Assembly: GCA_030141605.1 (NCBI GenBank)
Contig: JAQGDQ010000082.1
Coordinates: 186,001 to 250,000, forward strand
Origin: Tubiluchus corallicola
Taxonomy: Eukaryota > Animalia > Priapulida
DNA: 64,000 bases
Direction: 5' to 3'
This document shows positions 56,018-64,000 of the stretch, piece by piece. A model generated the notes under the pieces. It was not told the origin of the DNA. It was given only the letters and a program-made list of their open reading frames with translations, and ran no database searches. The position numbers and the translations under genes are program-made. The stretch's first letter is position 1. Each line of letters opens with the position of its first letter.

Positions 56018-57826
56018 TGTCAGCGCCAACAACTCAATCCAAAATTACGCCTAAAATCTAACCACATGCTTCAAGCTCCAGCCACATAGCTTTGTAAAAG
56101 GATTAAGTAATTATTTCCCTAATGTTAAGACTCTATCTCTAAGGGTAGATTAGCTTTTTGGCTTTGCTGTCATCGGCAGCTGAAACAGATAATATTCCTC
56201 CGCAGCACTTATACTCGGCGGCTATCTCTACCGCTCGAATTGTAATGATTTTTCTAGCAATTTAGACAATTGTCAGAGTTAAAACGGATGCGTCCTTAAA
56301 AACTCGTTTGTTGTCGAAAACAGGAAAGTAGTCGAGTAAAAAAAACTGGAAAAAGCAATTTTCATTTTCATCTGCTGTCATCTGCGACAATGCTTTATCA
56401 GCAAAAACGAACTGACAAGAGCAGAAATCTTCGACGGTTGTACGAACAGTAGAATTTTTCTTGAAATATAATCGACAACTGTATCATTACCACGTCTTGT
56501 AAGTTGAGTTTTTGTACACGCGTATGCGTGTCCATGATGAGAATAAGTAGCTTTATTATAGTTTTCTCAGCCATGTCAAAATTGTGGGTTTTTCTTAGAA
56601 ATAATAAAACATGCTACGCCATGGGAGCTTGCGTAGGACTGTCCATTGGATCATATATGAATCAGTCACAAAACAAGCAACAGTGAAAAGCCACCAGAAA
56701 ACGAACCACTAAACTGGAGTGACGGTCAAACCGAAACATAGAGGGCCTGGATAAAGACTCGTACATAGTTTTGTGACTCGTCAAAAATGATTATACATGT
56801 AAAAACCTTGATCACCCATGCTCACAGCAATCGGTACACGGATAGGGATAGGGGATAGGGCACCGCTTCAGTCTAGTTGTCTGTCTACCTGTCTGTCTGT
56901 CTTTTGTCTGTTTGTCTGTCTGTCTGTCTGGCTGTCTGTCTGTCTGCAGAATAAAATCAAAATGGATGAAACAATAATCACCAAACTGAGCAAGATCCGA
57001 TACCTCAAAAGTCAAGGTTACAACAATGTGAAAAATGTCTAAAGAATTTTTTACTCAGTAATTTCGTGTCAGGACGTGGGTCTGCAACTCTGCTGACTGT
57101 CGTCATTCTAATTCGAAACTCTTTTTATGTCTGCAATTAAGTTTTGAATTAACTACTGATAAAAGAAGTGCAATTAGCGTTTCGTCTTTGTGCAAGAACG
57201 TACGTGTTACACAAAGAAACAAAATCAATCAGTTTATGCGTCTGATGTAAAATGCTGATGTGCAAAATAGACGGATGGCGTGTGGTTCGTTCATTTTCAG
57301 TTTTTAATTTAATTATAATCAACTTGATTATCATTAATTGACTTACCAAAATACAGAGGTCAACAGGCTCGAAATGCAGTAAATACGTGTGCAATCGTAT
57401 ATTTTATTTCATTTAGTATAATTATTATTGTTTATTTTAATTTGTTATTGGTGAAGCATAGTACTACAACACTCATAATCCAATGAAGACATTGCCGACA
57501 ATGTGAATATTCGCAGTAATGCAACCACACTGTGGATATTTCCTGAGTTTTACTATCGAATGCTTTTAAAACATTAGGAAGTATTTTTATAGCTTTGCAC
57601 TTTTATGCATGCAAGTAGCATTCTCTTAGCTTGTGCGTGGGAGTGCATATAAAACAAATGCTAATTGCTTGTTCGTCGTTTATTGGATCTTTCGCCTCCA
57701 TACTGAAATACAAATTTTGTTATCTTACAAAATCCTTTTAGGGAGACCATACAGTTGCTATAAAACCTAGCGTCTGTATTATCAACTTTCAAAACATTCA
57801 AAACGATTGGTGACCTATATCTTTTG

Positions 57827-58011
57827 CACTTCAAAAGTGCAAAAGTGATTTCACCAAAGCGCAAATAGCGATTCTAAAAGCGCAAAAAATATCTTCGCGC
57901 AAAAAATTTTCAAATGTGCAAAAGGTGAAAGGTAAAAGTGAAATCTTCACTACAAGTACATTTCGATTTTTCCTTTCGCAGTTTTGAAATCATCTTGTGC
58001 ACTTTTGAAGT
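57827..58011. repeat. Short inverted-repeat element (MITE remnant)
   Basis: cacttcaaaagtgcaaaagtgatttca nearly matches the reverse complement of tgaaatcatcttgtgcacttttgaagt. Confidence 0.5.
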
Positions 58012-60731
58012 AGGCCTACTGTGACGCTACGCCATTTGCGCATCTCAACATTTGAACTGTTTGTAGCTTAGGCCTGTAAGTTCCCAAAAATCCGAATCTG
58101 CTTTCCGTTATTTTCAACCAGTATTTTATTATTTTATGTAAAACGTAGTCGTGTCAAACTGGACTGATGACAATCCGATTCGATTCAGCAAAAATGAAAG
58201 AACACAATTATATTCACCAAAACCAGCTAGCTAGTCTTAGTGCTCACCTGCTTGACAAATTGCTCTTTGGCAAGAGGAGAACAACGAGATGTAAATTATG
58301 AATAACGCGGTGACATCTGTTGACAAGCGGAAAAAACATTGAAAGATGTTGTTCTTTTAAAATACGTATCGCTTCTGTCAATAACATTTTAACAGCTATT
58401 AACTGCACTGCCCTAGTCATGAAAACGGAACTATTTTTTAAATCAGTCCGCCAAAACTGCTTTGGGAGCGTCTTTCTTACGTCTCTTTTCTGGAAGTGTC
58501 AAGCCGTTAAATGACAAAACACTCTCTATTGAGCGGCGCCATGAATAATTCAGTTCCTTGCGGCCGGTATCATGAATGTTTCATCTTGTTTTAAATTCCG
58601 GCCACAGTCAAACAATGGACCAGGCAGTCTAGTTGACAGTAGCCATGGAACATCATGATGACGGATGAATATCGAGTAATATTGGATTCGCTTGAGAAGA
58701 CAGGGGAGGCGGAAAAAACAAGGCAAACGGGAAGGGCGAAAACGTTATTAGCCGACAAAACAAGTCCATGTATACTTCAGCAAGGAGTGGCCAATACAAC
58801 ATATGCTGATTACACATTTAGCTGACGCGTTTTCACCAATTTTGCGATTGTATGATCCGCTAACATTCGTGTGATGCTCTGCTCCCGGTTCTGGATCTTT
58901 ACTGACGTCGGCACTCGTAAGGCTCTCCTCGGCCAGAAAAGGCTGAAGAATTATTTCTCTGAGAACTGCTGATGTCTTTGCACGCTGTGTTCAACATAAC
59001 CCGATCGAGTGGCACTTGAACGGCCAGCCGATTAGTAAACTCTGTCACGATGATTTCCTCCATTGTAGGTTTGTATGCTCGCGTTGTGAATTTCTACTCA
59101 CGTGCTAACATACGTGAAACACGTGTCCTTGCTCTTTACGATCGGTTGAGAAATAACATATCAGCACTAGTTAAATATACAAACCATAACACAATATTTT
59201 CCAAAATCAAGCAACACATTGTTTTTAAACCAGTGTCTCCAACTTCTTGGCAATAAAACTTTTCTCCCCACTTTATATTACATGCATTTGCATTTAGGTA
59301 TATAGGTAAATAATGTGCATTTTTATATGTAAATCAAAAATTTCATAGTTTAAATGTCTTGAAATCACTTTTGTTTTTGTAAAGTAGAAATTTTACGCCT
59401 ACGAATTTGTCATTGTACTTACGTGTTATACTAAAACGTCTTAGATTCGGACGCTACAATTAGAACATTTAATAATTATTCATTAAGTAAAAGAATTTAG
59501 TTAAAGATGATATATCGCGTTTCTGTAATTCAAAGGAACTGCGAATGAAAAATAAAGATCCTAAATTCACAAGTTTGAAAATTCGAATTTATGAATCATG
59601 CAAAATTACTTTCAATAGGATAGAATAATTTCCTTTGAGATTTAAATATTATTGGTTTGATTGGTTTTCATTTTTCTGTGATTATACGTACGTATTATGT
59701 GGGATTTTGCGAAATTAAATAAACTGCTGTGTTCATGTTGTTTAGCTGTGATCTTGCACACAACAACCGGAATGAACCTCTCAATAGCAGATCGTTTTAA
59801 CACTAGAAGGACCGGGTGCATCAGTCAACGCATTTTTTTTATTTCGTATATAGGCCTATCTCTGAAAACCGTGGACAATATGTTTCTATTTTTATTTCTT
59901 TTCCTAGTTTGGTGCTAACTACTATTGCACAGTATTTCAGGACCGAAATGTTACTTGTTAACAATGGGCTACTACCTAGGGACCATTTGTGTTCAATTGA
60001 CGCCAGTACATATTGTACGTTGTAAATCATCACAGTAGTTAATGTGAATGTAAGTCTGTGAATATACATCACTGAATGTAAATGAGCAAACTCATTTCGA
60101 CGTCTTTTAATATAATGAGCTAAAAGCTTGTGGTCTGAACTTTCTTGATTGTCGGCTCTTTCAGTCAGGCCACCAGACTGTTTAATTCAATGCAGATTCT
60201 CCAGACTATATGAGTCATTATACTTCTATTGCAAAAAGTGCTTCAATTTTATATGAGTTCAGTTAATTCTCTGATGCATCATTGAATTTCAGTAAAATCT
60301 GACTGATATTTACTAATTTTATTTTTGTATAAGAATGATAACTATGATTGCGCCTGCCGATCCTTCTAGGTAGTAAAGTTTACCGGTCCATTGTATTAAA
60401 ACTGTTAACGTATACCGTAAAACTATGACCGTTTATTGCGTTGATGCCCCCATCTACTAAAGTTATTACTGAATCAAAAGAAACAAGAGTTGCTTTAACA
60501 GTTTTGAAAACTGTCAGGCAAACATAGCTTTACTCAATGAAGCCAAAACTGAAGTGACAAGCCGGGAATTTTGTTTATTCGGTTTCGTGTCTTCATTGAG
60601 CCTCCAAGGCACATCCTATCGCTTCTATTAAGCGCTTCGTTAACTTATAAAACCCCGAAAACAGCTTCTTACTTGCGAGTTGGTGTGTACAAGACTAAAA
60701 ATATCTGTGACAAAGTTGCTATCGCTGTTTA

Positions 60732-60790
60732 GGTTGTTGTTGTTGTTGTTGCTTGGTGTTGTTGTTGTTGTTGTTGTTGCTGCTGTTGTC
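60732..60790. repeat. (GTT)n microsatellite
   Basis: Direct reading. Confidence 0.9.
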
Positions 60791-61749
60791 GCTGTCGCTG
60801 TCGTTGTGGTTAGGTATAGTTGTGGTTACTGCTGCTTTTGTTGCAGTTGTTGCAGCCGTCACTTTCATTGTTGTCCCTAACGTCGTTGTTACTGTTGTTA
60901 TTATCGTTTAATAATGATAAAATTTAATGATACAGGGTGTTCCATAAGCATTAGTGCAGTAGAAATATGCTAATCAAATATTCATGCAATTCCATTTTTT
61001 TTGGTTTTTATATAATCCAAAGCCAGAATGATTGTATCGCACTCTTTCTTTTGGATCACTCTGTATAAAAGTACTTTTGTAAATGTTTAGTTTCGGTATT
61101 TGAAGTAAATTAAGTTGTATAAGTCTGAATGCGGTGTCTAGTAGACTGTCTAGTAGTGCCGTTACTAACAAATATTTTCAGTAATTACCAATTCAAGCAT
61201 TTGCAGAAAGGATTAAGACTTAATTCTATCATTTCTCTTAGTTAAAGCACGATGTTCGTGATTTGAAGTTAAATATTTATGTTTGTGTGAGTGATTGAAA
61301 TAACTGGTGGAGATTTTCTGACGCACTTATAAGTTCACATTGAAATGACCTGTTACGATCGTCGCTAAATCTTAATGTAACATTACATGTACTTTCGTGA
61401 ACATTTTCATTTTAATAATTTATTGAGTAATCATATATAAGAATAACACACATATAGGTAAAAATTACACAAAAATTAAGAAAATAAAAACTGATTCACT
61501 GCAAATGTGTCACAGCTAGAAAAATTTAAATAGTGCTATTTGAACCAGTCTGTAAGCCTTCCAGTTACATAATGTGGTTCATAAACTATTCATGCTAAAA
61601 TGCTTCGTTTGATATTTCTACCAATGTGTTTTACTCACAAGGAAACAATTGTCTCGTACTAACATTAATCGAATAAACTAACATTTTACTGATTATATGA
61701 CATTTGATTAAATTTATTTTAGGCTAAATTGCAAAACACTTTGATGTCT

Positions 61750-62589
61750 TTATTTAAGAGTATTATATGACGGTGCAGTTTTCTGAGTTTTTGCATAGTA
61801 ATAAAATTGCTCGTCTTGAATCCAATCCAAATAGTTATCTACCCTAGTACATGTTGTTGGACCATTGCAATTTGGGCCAGTATGACTGATGATTCCAATT
61901 ACTTCTCCTGTTTCAAGCAACGTCATTGGACCTCCAGAATCTCCTGCACAGGCACCACCATAAGATTCATTTGTTTGGATAGTGAGATAGGAGGTTAAAG
62001 CCACTGGTGAAGTCACTTTCTGAAGGATCCTTACTGGCTCTGGATCTGGTTTGATATTGCGTTTACTAGGCCTACCCCAGCCTGTGAGTGTAACCATTTT
62101 GCCTATGTACTTTCCCCTGTTGCATACTGGTAAAATAGCAGGTCCACAGGTGCCAATGTTGTCACAATTGATTCCCTGGTTTAGTTTAACAAGAGCAATG
62201 TCATTAAGGAAAAATTTGTCATTGTAATTAGGATGCGTTACATAATATTCAACCCATCGCTTTCGAACAGTTTTTTCACGTTCAACGCTACCAATGAAAA
62301 CTTTTGCGGTCTTCCCTTTCCTAGTGGGTATTTTAGTTCCGAGAAAGCAATGTGCAGCTGATAAAAACCACTCATCGTTGATAAGTACCCCTCCACAACG
62401 GACCCTTTTGTCAAAATCAACCATAACTTGGTATGGAAATTCTCCTAGTCCGGCGTCTATGCCGCCTATAATTCTTGGAGATGTATCTATATCCGGAAAA
62501 GGAATTTCTCTTGACTGGCACGCCATAAACCACGAAACAAGCATGAGTAGACCTAACACACTGCGAATGTAGTCACTCATGTCTCCCAT
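61750..62589 (-). CDS. Intronless S1A (trypsin-fold) serine protease precursor
   Basis: Signal-like VLGLLMLVSWFMACQS, activation site SPR/IIGG, and catalytic motifs SAAHC, DIALVKL and GDSGGP in one uninterrupted ORF. The start is ATG 62589 or 62580. Confidence 0.93.
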   Translation of the reverse strand: MGDMSDYIRSVLGLLMLVSWFMACQSREIPFPDIDTSPRIIGGIDAGLGEFPYQVMVDFDKRVRCGGVLINDEWFLSAAHCFLGTKIPTRKGKTAKVFIGSVEREKTVRKRWVEYYVTHPNYNDKFFLNDIALVKLNQGINCDNIGTCGPAILPVCNRGKYIGKMVTLTGWGRPSKRNIKPDPEPVRILQKVTSPVALTSYLTIQTNESYGGACAGDSGGPMTLLETGEVIGIISHTGPNCNGPTTCTRVDNYLDWIQDEQFYYYAKTQKTAPSYNTLK

Positions 62590-62679
62590 ATACTTAAAAT
62601 AGACAGAAAAAATCTTGAACACCAATCAAGGTGGTGTTCTAGCGTTTTTGTATTGTGTTAGCGCCAATTCTCAACAAAT

Positions 62680-62775
62680 GCCTTTATATTTTTCATAAAC
62701 AAATAAACAGAGCGCCGCAAGTTAGCAAGTACACCTGATTCAAAATTTAATGATTGTCCACATTATGAGTCACAA
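62680..62775 (-). promoter_or_regulatory. TATA box and AP-1-like site upstream of the protease gene
   Basis: Minus-strand TATAAA at 62688-62683, about 95 nt from the ATG; TGAGTCA at 62766-62772. Confidence 0.5.
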
Positions 62776-63209
62776 TGTAGCAAGCTGAATGCTGTTTAAA
62801 CTTTTTTGTTATACAGAAACTTGATTATGTTATGTAAACAGATAAATAGAATGCCTTAGGTCAGTAAGGAACAAACTGAAATATTCGCAAGAAAAATAAT
62901 CAAATTCGGTCCAGGGCTAAGAAAAAGTTCATATGGTTAACATTGTCATACGACCATAAACTTCCTACCCATTATTTCCATTGCTAGTCTGGGTCCATGG
63001 CTACAAGAGTAAATAACTTTCTGTGTATCTTTTTAGCTCGAATAGAATTAAAGTTGGTATTAGTTCCAGAGTCAATTAAACTTGCAGCAATGTTGAGAAT
63101 CCTTGAAAAGGTTTTTGTTTGTTCATTCGTTTGCTTGTTCATTTGTTGTTTTGTAGTTATGTTAGTTAAAGATTGCCCACCGTTGGCATTTTTGCAGTTT
63201 GTTAAGTTT

Positions 63210-64000
63210 TTACGTAGTTGTAGACTGCTCATTTTTGATCCAGTCCAAGAAGCTGTCTAGTCTTGTAGCTACTGACGGGCCCTCACAACCAGGGGCAGTA
63301 TGACTAATGATTCCAATTACTTCTCCAGTTTTCTCTAGCGTCATAGGACCCCCAGAATCTCCTTTACAGGCACCACCATAAGATTCATTTGTATGGATAG
63401 TGAGATGGGAGGCAAAGGACACTGGTATGGTAACTTTCTGAAGAATGCTCTTGTGAACTACATCAATGTCCGTTTTGTTGGTTGCTCCCCAGCCAGTAAG
63501 TGTGACACTTTTGCCTTCGTATTTCATTCTACTACATACTGGCAGATGGGCGGGCTTATAGGTGTTAAAACTGCTTGCAAAATCGAGCTGCCTATTCAGT
63601 TTTACAAGAGCAATGTCGTAATGTAAAGTTTTGTTATTGTAATACTTATGCACTATATGCTCAGAAACCCATCGATCTTGAACAGTTTTTCCATATTCTA
63701 CACTGCCAATAAAAACTTTTATTGATGGTCCTTTACCATTATGAGGCACATGAGCCACGTAGTTATCAAAGCAGTGTGCTGCTGATAGTAACCAGTCTTC
63801 ATTGATAATGACCCCTCCGCAAATGTATCTTTTATCAAAATCAATCATAACTTGGTATGGAAATTCTCCTTGAATGACATCTGTGCCACCTATAATCCTT
63901 GGTGATATATCTATATCCAGTAAAGGAATGTCTCCGGATTTTTTTCGATTGTCTTTTGACTGACACACTCTAAACCACATAACAAGCACGACTAGGCCTA
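63210..64000 (-). CDS. Second intronless S1A serine protease, tandem paralogue; 5' end beyond the window edge
   Basis: LGLVVLVMWFRVCQS...SPR/IIGG, SAAHC, DIALVKL and GDSGGP; collinear with the 61750-62589 gene. Confidence 0.93.
   Translation of the reverse strand, partial: GLVVLVMWFRVCQSKDNRKKSGDIPLLDIDISPRIIGGTDVIQGEFPYQVMIDFDKRYICGGVIINEDWLLSAAHCFDNYVAHVPHNGKGPSIKVFIGSVEYGKTVQDRWVSEHIVHKYYNNKTLHYDIALVKLNRQLDFASSFNTYKPAHLPVCSRMKYEGKSVTLTGWGATNKTDIDVVHKSILQKVTIPVSFASHLTIHTNESYGGACKGDSGGPMTLEKTGEVIGIISHTAPGCEGPSVATRLDSFLDWIKNEQSTTT

Noticed and set aside
60931-60950. TACAGGGTGTTCCATAAG, a Tc1/mariner-like TIR
   Set aside because: No convincing partner TIR or transposase remnant was found.

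Overview
AT-rich, intron-containing invertebrate animal DNA; the taxon cannot be determined from the sequence. The left half (1-35 kb) holds two minus-strand housekeeping genes. One is an annexin A7/B11-like gene with a 251-aa G/Y/P-rich N-terminal tail and its last exon outside the window. The other is a complete 24-coding-exon coatomer alpha (COPA, 1217 aa). The right half (35-64 kb) has transposon remnants, many microsatellites and two tandem intronless S1 serine protease genes. It also has a plus-strand gene missed by the ORF track that encodes a signal peptide plus a Cys-rich HYICCNNC...CNGKTY module, with its next exon not found. The most notable points are: (1) this unannotated secreted Cys-rich protein gene; (2) a duplicated annexin repeat-1 exon, one copy carrying its own ATG and so predicting a tail-less isoform; (3) proteases that keep the catalytic triad but lack the C168-C182 disulfide segment and have a remodelled S1 pocket. 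Exon coordinates were read by hand and checked for GT-AG boundaries and phase consistency; no database searches were possible.
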